64,000 nucleotides of DNA from Coraliomargaritaceae bacterium (GTDB lineage Bacteria; Verrucomicrobiota; Verrucomicrobiia; Opitutales; Coraliomargaritaceae): the NCBI GenBank assembly GCA_965656495.1, contig CBFHKU010000004.1, positions 32,001 to 96,000 of the forward strand, given 5' to 3'. Positions 41,739-51,098 of this stretch are shown piece after piece; positions within the stretch are counted from its first letter, which is position 1; each line of letters starts with the position of its first letter. The notes beneath the pieces are model-generated. The model was not told the DNA's origin. It did not search any database and was given only the letters and a program-made list of their open reading frames with translations. Made by a program: the position numbers and the translations under genes.

Positions 41739-42839
41739 ATGAAAACTTTGAAATTTGCAGTTCTACCAGGCGATGGCATCGGCCCGGAAGTCATGGATGT
41801 CGCGCTTGATGTCCTCAAAGCGACAGGCGATACCTTCGGCTTTGCGCTCGAATACGAGCACGCTGACATCGGTGGCATCGCCATCGACAACCACGGAGAA
41901 GCTTTCCCAGAGGTCACCAAGAACATCTGTGATGCCAGTGAAGCCATTCTTTTTGGTTCAGTTGGAGGCCCAAAATGGGAAACCCTACCTCCGAAGGATC
42001 AACCCGAGCGCGCCGCCCTCCTCCCAATCCGGCAAGCCTACAAACTCTACGCCAATGTGCGCCCCGGCCTCCTCTATTCCGAATTGACCGACGCCTCCCC
42101 ACTCAAGGCGGAGCGCATCCCCAACGGCATCGACATCGTCTGCATCCGTGAACTCACCGGCGGAATCTATTTCGGGCAACCCAAAGCCACCACCACCCTT
42201 GAGAACGGCGAACAACAAGCAATCGACACGATGGTCTATCAAACCAGCGAAATCGAGCGCATCGCCCAAGTCGCAATCGATACCGCCAAGGCCCGCGGCG
42301 GCAAAGTCTGCTCCGTTGATAAAGCCAATGTTCTCGAAACTTCCGTCCTCTGGCGGCAGGTCGTCACGGAATACTTCGCGAAGCACGCCCCTGAGATTGA
42401 ACTCAGCCACATGTATGTCGACAACGCCGCCATGCAACTCGCGCGTGACCCCAACCAATTCGACGTCCTCTTCACCGAGAATATGTTCGGCGATATTCTC
42501 TCTGATGAAATGGGTGTGATCTGCGGCTCCCTCGGGATGCTCGCCTCCGCCAGTCTCGGCGCGCAAAACAATTCCCTCGGCTTGCCCTTCGGGCTCTACG
42601 AACCCTCCGGCGGTACCGCCCCCGACATCGCCGGACAAGGCATCGCCAACCCCTGCGCCCAAATCCTCTCCGCCGCCATGATGCTCCGTTACAGCTTCGG
42701 CGAAAACGAAGCCGCCGACGCTATTGAAGCCGCCGTTAAAAACGCCGTCACCTCCGGCGTCCGCACCGGAGACATCGCCTTCGGCCTCAAGGCAGTCGGC
42801 ACCCAAGAAATGGGCGCCGCGGTACTCAAAAATCTGTAA
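41739..42839 (+). CDS. leuB: 3-isopropylmalate dehydrogenase
   Basis: LPGDGIGPEV, GSVGGPKW, RELTGGIYFG, VDKANVL, NMFGDILSDE, GTAPDIAGQGIANP. Confidence 0.97.
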   Translation: MKTLKFAVLPGDGIGPEVMDVALDVLKATGDTFGFALEYEHADIGGIAIDNHGEAFPEVTKNICDASEAILFGSVGGPKWETLPPKDQPERAALLPIRQAYKLYANVRPGLLYSELTDASPLKAERIPNGIDIVCIRELTGGIYFGQPKATTTLENGEQQAIDTMVYQTSEIERIAQVAIDTAKARGGKVCSVDKANVLETSVLWRQVVTEYFAKHAPEIELSHMYVDNAAMQLARDPNQFDVLFTENMFGDILSDEMGVICGSLGMLASASLGAQNNSLGLPFGLYEPSGGTAPDIAGQGIANPCAQILSAAMMLRYSFGENEAADAIEAAVKNAVTSGVRTGDIAFGLKAVGTQEMGAAVLKNL

Positions 42840-42844
42840 TCATT

Positions 42845-43034
42845 TTAACCACGAATGGACACGAATAATCACGAATTTGAAGGCCCTATTGTACAAGAGG
42901 CGTTTTCGAGATGAATTATCTAAAAATCACTGGCCTCAAAGTTGGCCTTATTTTAAACTTCAAGCACCCAAAACTTGAGTGGGAACGTCTTATCATTTGA
43001 ACATTCGAGTCTATTCGTGTCCATTCGTGGTTAA
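42845..43034 (+). mobile_element. Internally deleted copy 1 of the GxxExxY cassette (MITE-like, 190 bp)
   Basis: Perfect 23-bp IRs ttaaccacgaatggacacgaata / tattcgtgtccattcgtggttaa enclosing the 5' and 3' ends of the GxxExxY ORF. Confidence 0.75.
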
Positions 43035-43140
43035 CTCAATAATCCTTGCCCATGACCTCCGCTGAGATCCGCCAGTCCTTCCTTGATTCCATTTTCACCA
43101 AAAAAATGGGCGTTGCGGTACTCAAAAATCTGTAATCATT

Positions 43141-43574
43141 TTAACCACGAATGGACACGAATAATCACGAATTTGAAGGCCCTCTCGCAAAAGAAGTGTT
43201 TTCGATCGTGGGCGCTGCCTTCGAAGTTTCCAACCAATTGGGCTGTGGTCTTTTGGAAAAACCCTACGAGAACGCTTTAACAGTTGAATTCAAATTGCGT
43301 GAGATTCCCTTTTCCCAACAACCGCGTTTTAAAGTTCATTATAAATCTGTCCCAGTGGGTGAATATATCCCTGACCTCGTTGCCTTTAAAGAAGTTGTGG
43401 TCGACATAAAAACAATAAACCAGATAGGCAATAATGAGCGGGCTCAGATGCTAAATTATCTAAAAATCACCGGCCTCAAAGTTGGCCTTATTTTAAACTT
43501 CAAGCACTCAAAACTTGAGTGGGAACGTCTTATCATTTGAACATTCGAGTCTATTCGTGTCCATTCGTGGTTAA
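43141..43574 (+). mobile_element. Inverted-repeat-bounded GxxExxY cassette (434 bp)
   Basis: 23-bp perfect IRs at 43141-43163 and 43552-43574 (32 bp imperfect); AT-richer than flanks. Confidence 0.75.
43151..43540 (+). CDS. GxxExxY protein (PD-(D/E)xK nuclease-like)
   Basis: GLLEKPY, IPDLV...VVDIK, QMLNYLK, GLILNF; ATG lies inside the left IR. Confidence 0.92.
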   Translation: MDTNNHEFEGPLAKEVFSIVGAAFEVSNQLGCGLLEKPYENALTVEFKLREIPFSQQPRFKVHYKSVPVGEYIPDLVAFKEVVVDIKTINQIGNNERAQMLNYLKITGLKVGLILNFKHSKLEWERLII

Positions 43575-43680
43575 CTCAATAATCCTTGCCCATGACCTCC
43601 GCTGAGATCCGCCAGTCCTTCCTTGATTCCATTTTCACCAAAAAAATGGGCGCCGCGGTACTCAAAAATCTGTAATCATT

Positions 43681-43870
43681 TTAACCACGAATGGACACGA
43701 ATAATCACGAATTTGAAGGCCCTATTGTACAAGAGGCGTTTTCGAGATGAATTATCTAAAAATCACCGGCCTCAAAGTTGGCCTTATTTTAAACTTCAAG
43801 CACCCAAAACTTGAGTGGGAACGTCTTATCATTTGAACATTCGAGTCTATTCGTGTCCATTCGTGGTTAA
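43681..43870 (+). mobile_element. Internally deleted copy 2 of the GxxExxY cassette (190 bp)
   Basis: Same IRs and same deletion junction (ttttcgagatgaattatc) as 42845-43034. Confidence 0.75.
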
Positions 43871-43887
43871 CTCAATAATCCTTGCCC

Positions 43888-46623
43888 ATGACCTCCGCTG
43901 AGATCCGCCAGTCCTTTCTCGATTTTTTTGAATCCAAAGCGCACACCTCCGTGCCTTCGGCGTCCCTTATGCCGACTTCCCCGAATCTGCTTTTCACGAA
44001 CGCGGGGATGAATCAGTTTGTGCCTTTCTTCCTCGGTACCGAGAAGGCACCCTACTCGCCGCCGCGCGCCGCTGATACCCAGAAATGCATTCGCGCGGGC
44101 GGTAAACATAACGACCTTGAAGACGTGGGTTATGATACCTACCACCATACCTTCTTCGAAATGCTCGGGAATTGGTCCTTCGGCGATTACTTCAAGGCGG
44201 AGGCGATTGAATGGGGTTGGGAATTGTTAACTCAAGTTTGGGGATTTCCACCCGCCCGTCTTTACGCCACGGTTTACGCGCCCGGCGATGGCGATCCCGC
44301 CGAGTTCGATCAGGAAGCCTACGACCTTTGGAAGGTCTTGTTTGAGAAAGCAGGGCTCGACCCCGAGGTCCATATCATCAACGGCAACAAAAAGGACAAC
44401 TTCTGGATGATGGGTGAAACCGGCCCCTGCGGTCCCTGCTCCGAACTGCATGTTGACCTCACTCCCGAGGGCGACAGCAAGGGCGCCCTTGTGAACATGG
44501 ATTCCGACCTCTGTATCGAGATTTGGAACCTCGTCTTCATTCAATTCAACGCGAATGCCGACGGCACCTTCTCCGATCTTCCCGCCAAGCATGTCGATAC
44601 CGGCATGGGCTTTGAACGCGCCTGCTCCATCATCCAAAACACCAAAGGCCTCACCGATTTCTCGCAGAAACCCACCAACTACGCCACCGATGTTTTTCAG
44701 CCCCTCTTCCGCACCCTCGAATCCCTGAGCGGCAAAACCTATCAGGACATCTACCCCGCCGCCGATACCGAGCCGAGCCAAGCCCTCACCGAAGCGATCG
44801 CCTTCCGAGTGGTCGCCGACCATATCCGCACCCTCGCCTTCTCGATTGCCGACGGCATTCTCCCCGGCAACAACGGCCGCAACTACGTCCTCCGCCGCAT
44901 CCTTCGCCGCGCCGTCAAATACGGTCGCAACCTCGGCTTCGACGGTTCCGAACCCTTCCTCCCGAAATTGGTCGATACCCTCGTCGCGGAATTCAGCGCG
45001 GTCTTCCCGGAAATCAAGACCCGCGCCGCCGCGGTCAAAGAAACCCTCGCCGCCGAAGAAAGCAGCTTCAACAAGACCCTCGATCGCGGCCTCCAACTCT
45101 TTGAAAAGCAATGCCAGGACGGCGCGATCTCCGGCGAAGAAGCCTTCACCCTTTACGATACCTACGGTTTCCCGCTCGACCTCACCGAACTCCTCGCCCG
45201 CGAGCGGGGCCTTGAAGTCGATACCGCCGGTTTTGAAGCCTGCATGGAAACCCAACGCACCCGCGCCCGCGCCGCCCAAAAGAAGACCGTTGTCAAAGCG
45301 ATCGAGCTCGAGACCGACGCCCTCACGGAATTCCTCGGCTTCGATCACGACCACTGCGAGGCTCAAATCCTCGAAGTGCACACTCAGGACGGACAAGCAT
45401 GGATCATCCCCGACAAAACCGTTCTGTTTACCGAGATGGGCGGACAGGACGGCGACTGCGGCAGCCTCGAGATTGAGGGGGCACACTACCCGATTAGCGC
45501 GACCCAAAAAGCCGGTCACGCCGTGGCGCATATTTTGCAAGGCAAACTCCCCGAAGGAATCGCGGCGGGCGCAAAGGTTAAGCTCCACCTCGACCGCGAC
45601 CGCCGGGCGCCCATCGAAGCACACCACACCGCCACCCACCTCTTGCACTGGGCGCTCCATCAGCACGTCTCGCCCGACGCCACCCAGCAGGGCTCCAGCG
45701 TTTCTCCCGAACGCCTGCGCTTCGATTTCAATTCCAAAGCCCTCAATGCGGATCAGCTCGCAGCCCTCGAGACCGCCGTGAACACCTGCATCGAAAAAGC
45801 AGAAACCGTCTCCTGGAGCGAAGTCCCCCACGCTGAAGTCAAGGATCGCGCCGACGTGATGCAATTCTTTGGCGACAAATACGGCGAGCAGGTGCGGGTC
45901 GTTCAAATCGGCGGCACCGCCCATGCCCTCGACGGTTATTCCATGGAATTATGCGGCGGCACCCACGTGCGCAATACCAGCGAAATCGGCCCTTTTAAAA
46001 TAAAATCCGAAGGCGCAATTGCGGCGGGCATCCGTCGCATTGAAGCGCTCTGCGGTAAAGCCGCCGAAGACTACCTCAAGGAACAAGCGGCGCTGGAAGC
46101 AGACGCCAAAGCCCAACAACTTGAAAAAATCGAGCATCTGAACGCCGCGCTAGCGAAGCTCGGCCTCGACCCCCTTAAAATCCCGGCGGAAGCCAGCCCG
46201 GAAGCGCTTAAAGCACTGGCGGTCGAAGCCGACAAAGCGCTCAAGAAGGCACAGGCCTCCGCGGCTGCCGGTCAAGCGAACGCCCTCCTCGACGCTGCCC
46301 GCACCGGCGATAACGGCGTGAAGGTGCTGGTGGCGGTCGTCGAAGCACCCGACCCCAACGCCCTTAAGACCATGACCAGCCACCTCGCCGGACAACTGGG
46401 CGAATCCCTCGTGGTGCTCGGAGCGGCCTTCGATGGCAAAGTAAGCCTTTGCGCCCAGGCGAGTCCCGCCGCGATTGCCGCCGGACACGAAGCCGGCACC
46501 ATCATTCGCGAGCTCACCGGAAAACTCGGCGGCAAGGGCGGCGGCAAACCGAACTTCGCAATGGGCGGCGCCCCCGACAACCGCGCACTCGCGGAAGTCC
46601 TCGCGGCCTTTGAACCGTCCTAG
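43888..46623 (+). CDS. alaS: Alanine--tRNA ligase
   Basis: LLFTNAGMNQF, HHTFFEMLGNWSFGDYFK, GPCGPCSE, DTGMGFER, HHTATHLL, ELCGGTHV, GKGGGK. Confidence 0.98.
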   Translation: MTSAEIRQSFLDFFESKAHTSVPSASLMPTSPNLLFTNAGMNQFVPFFLGTEKAPYSPPRAADTQKCIRAGGKHNDLEDVGYDTYHHTFFEMLGNWSFGDYFKAEAIEWGWELLTQVWGFPPARLYATVYAPGDGDPAEFDQEAYDLWKVLFEKAGLDPEVHIINGNKKDNFWMMGETGPCGPCSELHVDLTPEGDSKGALVNMDSDLCIEIWNLVFIQFNANADGTFSDLPAKHVDTGMGFERACSIIQNTKGLTDFSQKPTNYATDVFQPLFRTLESLSGKTYQDIYPAADTEPSQALTEAIAFRVVADHIRTLAFSIADGILPGNNGRNYVLRRILRRAVKYGRNLGFDGSEPFLPKLVDTLVAEFSAVFPEIKTRAAAVKETLAAEESSFNKTLDRGLQLFEKQCQDGAISGEEAFTLYDTYGFPLDLTELLARERGLEVDTAGFEACMETQRTRARAAQKKTVVKAIELETDALTEFLGFDHDHCEAQILEVHTQDGQAWIIPDKTVLFTEMGGQDGDCGSLEIEGAHYPISATQKAGHAVAHILQGKLPEGIAAGAKVKLHLDRDRRAPIEAHHTATHLLHWALHQHVSPDATQQGSSVSPERLRFDFNSKALNADQLAALETAVNTCIEKAETVSWSEVPHAEVKDRADVMQFFGDKYGEQVRVVQIGGTAHALDGYSMELCGGTHVRNTSEIGPFKIKSEGAIAAGIRRIEALCGKAAEDYLKEQAALEADAKAQQLEKIEHLNAALAKLGLDPLKIPAEASPEALKALAVEADKALKKAQASAAAGQANALLDAARTGDNGVKVLVAVVEAPDPNALKTMTSHLAGQLGESLVVLGAAFDGKVSLCAQASPAAIAAGHEAGTIIRELTGKLGGKGGGKPNFAMGGAPDNRALAEVLAAFEPS

Positions 46624-47093
46624 CGCCCCCGCATATCGCGCTCCGCTTCGCGCATCGCGACCTTGCGTTTGAGGGTCTCGCGCTTGTCGTGGAGTTTCTT
46701 ACCGGTACAGAGCGCGATCTCGACCTTGATGAGGCCATGCTTCATAAATACCCGCAGGGGGACAAGGGTTTTGCCGCCCTGTTCAATCGCCCCGAGGAGT
46801 TTATCGATCTCGCGGCGGTGCAGGAGGAGTTTGCGTTTGCGGCGGGGTTCGTGGTTTTGAAGGTTCCCGAATTTGTATTCCCCGATGTGGCTGTTGTAGA
46901 GCCAGACCTGCCCTTTTTCGATTCGGCAAAAGGATTCCCCGATTTGGGCATTGCCCTCACGGATCGCCTTCACCTCCGTGCCGAGCAGGACAACCCCCGC
47001 CTCAAAGCGATCGCCCACGAAGTAATTGTGCGTGGCTTTGGCGTTGCGGACTTCCCGATAACGGGAATCGCTGGATTTTTTTTTGGCAGACAC
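46620..47093 (-). CDS. smpB: SsrA-binding protein
   Basis: EAGVVLLGTEVKAIR, RKRKLLLHRREI, GKKLHDKRE. Confidence 0.96.
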   Translation of the reverse strand: MSAKKKSSDSRYREVRNAKATHNYFVGDRFEAGVVLLGTEVKAIREGNAQIGESFCRIEKGQVWLYNSHIGEYKFGNLQNHEPRRKRKLLLHRREIDKLLGAIEQGGKTLVPLRVFMKHGLIKVEIALCTGKKLHDKRETLKRKVAMREAERDMRGR

Positions 47094-47202
47094 GGTGAAA
47101 GGAGTTGGGCGAAGCTAAGCAGGACAAACTCAGAATCGCAAGCACGCGCACTGCCGCACTTGAAATGCCCGCCAGTGAAAGGGTCGAGTGACCGCCGCGC
47201 GG

Positions 47203-47421
47203 CTAAACTGCCGCTTCGTCTTCGGTCTCGTCGAGCTGATAGGTGATCTTGCCCTCGATGATTTCACGCAGGGCCATATCCTCGGCGGACAGGCGCTCCA
47301 ATGACTCAATCAGGGGCTTGTAACCGCTTTTAAGCTGTTTGGCGCGGCGTGAAACAACATTGATCAGGATCATAGGATCGGTGATCACCTGCTGTGCTTG
47401 GTGTAGGTAGTCGTCTCTCAA
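47203..47421 (-). CDS. rpoZ: RNA polymerase omega subunit
   Basis: LINVVSRRAKQL, ALREIIEGKI; TTG start. Confidence 0.85.
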   Translation of the reverse strand: MRDDYLHQAQQVITDPMILINVVSRRAKQLKSGYKPLIESLERLSAEDMALREIIEGKITYQLDETEDEAAV

Positions 47422-47569
47422 AGGTATAGTCTCCGCTGTAGGTTGAAATTAAAGAATGTTTGAAAATGAAGCTGTAAACTCGTTTGGCAATAACAATTTG
47501 TGCACTTAATTAACGGTTGAAGATGAATCCGGCTCGACCCAGAGACCATAAAAAGCACACTTGGAAACC

Positions 47570-49114
47570 ATGAGTGAGGCTCCACTATATAATTGGCTCA
47601 ATGAACGCGCGGCGGGGGTCTTGCTGCACCCGACCTCCCTGCCCTCGCCCACCGGGATTGGTAATTTTGGGCAGAGCGCGTATCAGTTCGTCGATTTACT
47701 TGCGGATAGCGGCTTGAGCATTTGGCAGCTATGCCCGCTTGGGCCGACCGGATATGGCGATTCGCCCTATCAATGTTTTTCGGCCTTTGCGGGGAATCCC
47801 TATTTGATTGATTGCGTCCCATTGCTGGAGGCGGGCTTGGTGCAGTCTGAGGATTTGGAGGGCTTGCGCGGGCTTTCGGCACAACGTTGTGACTTTGGCG
47901 CGCTCTACGAGCGCTTCTGGCCGGTGCTGGAAACAGCGCATCGCCGTTTCGTGGCGAGTGCGGCGGGCAGCGTTCTGGATTACGGTTCCTTTGAGGCATT
48001 TTGCTCCGATGAGGCTGCCTGGCTTGAAAGCTACAGCGTGTTCATGGGCCTGAAGGCGCATTTCGGGGGCAAGTGCTGGCTCGAGTGGCCGGAGGAATTT
48101 CGCGATGCGAAGCAGAGCGCAAAAGGCACCCTACCCGCCGAAGCCGAAGCCGCGAAGGAACTGCATGCCTTCGCGCAATACCTCTTCAGCGCCCAGTATA
48201 AAAAGTTTCGTTCTTATGCCGCCAAAAAGGGCGTCCGGATCATGGGCGACCTTCCGATCTTCGTGGCGCTCGACAGCGCCGACGTCTGGGCAAACCGAGC
48301 GCTCTTTCAACTCAATAAGGACGGCCATCCCCGCTCGGTGGCAGGGGTACCGCCCGATTATTTCGCAGCGGACGGTCAGCTTTGGGGCAATCCGCTCTTC
48401 GAATGGTCGGTGCACAAAGCGGAGGGCTTCGCCTGGTGGCTGGAGCGCATCGAAGCAAACCTCGCACTCTACGACTTCCTCCGGATCGATCACTTCCGGG
48501 GCTTTGAATCCTACTGGGCGGTACCGGGGGATGCGGAAACAGCACGTAAGGGAAACTGGGAGCCCGCCCCCGGCTTGGCACTCTTTCAAGCAATCGCGAA
48601 AGCCTTCCCCGAAGCGCGCATCATCGCAGAAGACTTGGGCGTCATCACGCCCGAGGTCGAGGCCCTGCTGGCGGCGACCGGTCTGCCGGGCATGGCAGTG
48701 CTGCAATTTGCCTTTGGAGGGGAAGCGGACAATGCCTACCTGCCGCACAACCTCCGCCAGAACACGGTGCTCTATACCGGTACCCACGACAACGACACCA
48801 GCCTCGGCTGGTATGCGCAGACCGATTCAACAACGCGCGACCACGTGCGGCGTTATTATGGTATTTCCGGTGAAAACATTGGCTGGGATCTCATTCGCTC
48901 GGCACTGCGCTCCAGCGCGAAGCTCGCGATCCTCCCGCTGCAGGACCTCCTCAGTCTTGGCTCTGAGGCGCGTCTCAACACCCCCGGTCAAGCGCAGGGC
49001 AATTGGCAATGGCGGGTGCATCCTGAACAACTCCTGCAATTCCGTAATGAGAGTGGCGCCTACCTCAAGGAACTGAACGCGCTTTACGGGCGCTTGCCCC
49101 CATCAGGCCCATAG
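47570..49114 (+). CDS. malQ: 4-alpha-glucanotransferase (amylomaltase, GH77)
   Basis: GVLLHPTSLP, SPYQCFSAFAGNP, GDLPIFV, GVPPDYF, RIDHFRGF, AEDLG, YTGTHDNDT. Confidence 0.96.
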   Translation: MSEAPLYNWLNERAAGVLLHPTSLPSPTGIGNFGQSAYQFVDLLADSGLSIWQLCPLGPTGYGDSPYQCFSAFAGNPYLIDCVPLLEAGLVQSEDLEGLRGLSAQRCDFGALYERFWPVLETAHRRFVASAAGSVLDYGSFEAFCSDEAAWLESYSVFMGLKAHFGGKCWLEWPEEFRDAKQSAKGTLPAEAEAAKELHAFAQYLFSAQYKKFRSYAAKKGVRIMGDLPIFVALDSADVWANRALFQLNKDGHPRSVAGVPPDYFAADGQLWGNPLFEWSVHKAEGFAWWLERIEANLALYDFLRIDHFRGFESYWAVPGDAETARKGNWEPAPGLALFQAIAKAFPEARIIAEDLGVITPEVEALLAATGLPGMAVLQFAFGGEADNAYLPHNLRQNTVLYTGTHDNDTSLGWYAQTDSTTRDHVRRYYGISGENIGWDLIRSALRSSAKLAILPLQDLLSLGSEARLNTPGQAQGNWQWRVHPEQLLQFRNESGAYLKELNALYGRLPPSGP

Positions 49115-49525
49115 GCCGAGGAAAAAGACCCCGGTCCATGCCGCGGTGCGAATCCAATTGGTGAGGACCAGTCGTCGAATCATCGCTGCATCAAAACCGG
49201 ACTTCTGAAGGGCACGGTGCGCCGGCACGGAAAACACTGCGGTGGCGAGCCACGCCAGCGCCACGAGCGCCGCCGCCGTTACGTGGAATAGGTTCACCTC
49301 GAGCCACAACTGCAGCCCGATCAAGAACGGCTGGGTCAGCATCAGCGGCCCCACGATGAAGCCCATGCGGTTCATGTAGGATTCATGCCATTGCGGGAAG
49401 GCCTCGGGGCGCAGGTGTGCAAAGCCGGGATAAATCGTGAGCTGCACCAACCAGATCAGCACCAGCATGCCCAAATCCACGCAACGCCGGATCGCGTCGA
49501 GATCATTGAGCCAGTCGATTTCCAT
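49103..49525 (-). CDS. Hypothetical membrane protein
   Basis: LIWLVQLTIYP, VGPLM, SVPAH, LVLTNWIRT; four hydrophobic segments. Confidence 0.7.
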   Translation of the reverse strand: MEIDWLNDLDAIRRCVDLGMLVLIWLVQLTIYPGFAHLRPEAFPQWHESYMNRMGFIVGPLMLTQPFLIGLQLWLEVNLFHVTAAALVALAWLATAVFSVPAHRALQKSGFDAAMIRRLVLTNWIRTAAWTGVFFLGLWA

Positions 49526-49529
49526 TGGA

Positions 49530-50546
49530 TTAGTGCTTTACGAGGCCACGGTCGTGCAACAACTCCGCGATTTGAACAGCGTTGAGGGCGGCGCCCTTCC
49601 AGATTTGGTCACCGGTCACCCACAGCGCCAAACCGTTCTCAAAGACGCGGTCCCGCCGGATGCGCCCCACCCCGCAAGGTATCACCTCGGAATACTCAAG
49701 CGGCATGGGATAACGGCCCTGCTCGGGATCGTCCACCAATTCCGCGCCTTCAAAACCTACAATCGCTTCACGGGCTGCCTCGACCGAAACCGGGCGCTCG
49801 AATTCCGCGCTGATCGAGATGCTGTGTGCCCGGAAGACCGGCACCCGCACGCAGGTACAAGTGACTTCCAAGTCGCCCAAGCCGAGTATCTTGCGGCCCT
49901 CGTTGAGCATTTTCATCTCTTCACGCGTGTAGCCATCTTCCAGAAAAGCATCGACATGCGGAATGAGGTTAAAGGCGATTTGATGGGGATAGACTTCCTT
50001 CTGTAGGGTCTCGCCCTTCGCCCAGGCACGGGTCTGTTGCTCCAGCTCGATGAGCCCGCCCGCCCCGCTACCAGAGACGGCCTGATAGGTGGACGCAATG
50101 AAACGCTTCAGGCCAAAAGCCTGATGTAAGGGATAGAGTCCCATCAAGGCAATCGCAGTGGAGCAATTGGGGTTTGCAATGATGCCCTTGTGCGCCTCGA
50201 CCGCCTCGGGATTAATTTCCGGGACGACCAGCGGCACTTCCGGGTCATTGCGAAACGCGGAACTGTTATCGACCACAATGCACCCGCTCGCGACCGCTGC
50301 TTGCGCGAAGGCGTTCGACTGCGAACCGCCCGCGCTGAAAATACAAATATCGAGATCTTTGAAGCTCGCCTCGGTCGCTTCTTCGATGACCCAGCTGCGG
50401 CCCTCGTAACTAATGCTTTTGCCCGCCGAACGGGCGGACGCGAGCAGGCGCAAATCCGACATTGGAAAGTTGCGTTCATGCAACAACCTAATGAGTTCTT
50501 GACCGACCGCACCGGTCGCTCCGAGGATGCCTATAGAATATGCCAT
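49530..50546 (-). CDS. asd: Aspartate-semialdehyde dehydrogenase
   Basis: GATGAVG, VDNSSAFR, PLVVPEIN, IANPNCST, TYQAVSG, TCVRVPV, KGAALNAVQIAE. Confidence 0.97.
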   Translation of the reverse strand: MAYSIGILGATGAVGQELIRLLHERNFPMSDLRLLASARSAGKSISYEGRSWVIEEATEASFKDLDICIFSAGGSQSNAFAQAAVASGCIVVDNSSAFRNDPEVPLVVPEINPEAVEAHKGIIANPNCSTAIALMGLYPLHQAFGLKRFIASTYQAVSGSGAGGLIELEQQTRAWAKGETLQKEVYPHQIAFNLIPHVDAFLEDGYTREEMKMLNEGRKILGLGDLEVTCTCVRVPVFRAHSISISAEFERPVSVEAAREAIVGFEGAELVDDPEQGRYPMPLEYSEVIPCGVGRIRRDRVFENGLALWVTGDQIWKGAALNAVQIAELLHDRGLVKH

Positions 50547-51088
50547 TCGATTTAAATCAGGAGAAAGCTAACCTAGAGCAAAGCTGCACAGCCTTGTCAA
50601 TCATACCCACCCCGCGGGTTTTGATTGTCAGCATCGGTCAACAAAAGCTCTATTACCTTTCCGGCGAACAAGAGGCAGCGGTCCTGCCGATCTCGACCTC
50701 CAAAAACCCGCCGTCCTGCATAGCGGAATCGTATGGCACGCCCCTGGGTCTGCACGCGATTGCGGATCGCATCGGTGAGGGGGAAGCGGAAGGGACGGTT
50801 TTTAAAGGCCGCGTTCCGCAGGGGCATTACCGCGATTTACCCGAAGCGGAGCAGTCCCGAAATCTGATCACCTCCCGCATTCTGCGCCTGCGGGGTCTGC
50901 AAGCGGGAAAAAACTGCGGGCGGGGTTGCGATTCGTATGACCGCTACATCTATATACACGGCACGAATCACGAAGACCGGATCGGTGAACCCTTCAGCGG
51001 GGGTTGCATCGAACTGCGAAACAAGGCTATGATTCAGCTATTCAATGAAGTGGCGACTGGCGACCTCGTATGGATTACCTTAAACTAA
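50540..51088 (+). CDS. L,D-transpeptidase (YkuD) family protein
   Basis: ISTS, TPLG, ITSRILRL, IYIHGT...SGGCI; start uncertain. Confidence 0.85.
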   Translation: MPFDLNQEKANLEQSCTALSIIPTPRVLIVSIGQQKLYYLSGEQEAAVLPISTSKNPPSCIAESYGTPLGLHAIADRIGEGEAEGTVFKGRVPQGHYRDLPEAEQSRNLITSRILRLRGLQAGKNCGRGCDSYDRYIYIHGTNHEDRIGEPFSGGCIELRNKAMIQLFNEVATGDLVWITLN

Positions 51089-51098
51089 AATTTTAAAT

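Noticed and set aside
42724..43814. Short ORFs 42724-42978, 43083-43280 and 43623-43814
   Set aside because: Off-frame readings of the repeated leuB end and IR cassette, not independent genes.
42845..43870. Diversity-generating retroelement TR/VR pair suggested by the near-identical copies
   Set aside because: The differences are not adenine-specific and no reverse transcriptase is present.
46620..47200. tmRNA (ssrA) near smpB
   Set aside because: No GGGG(C/G)TG...CCACCA tmRNA ends are recognisable and the gaps are too short.
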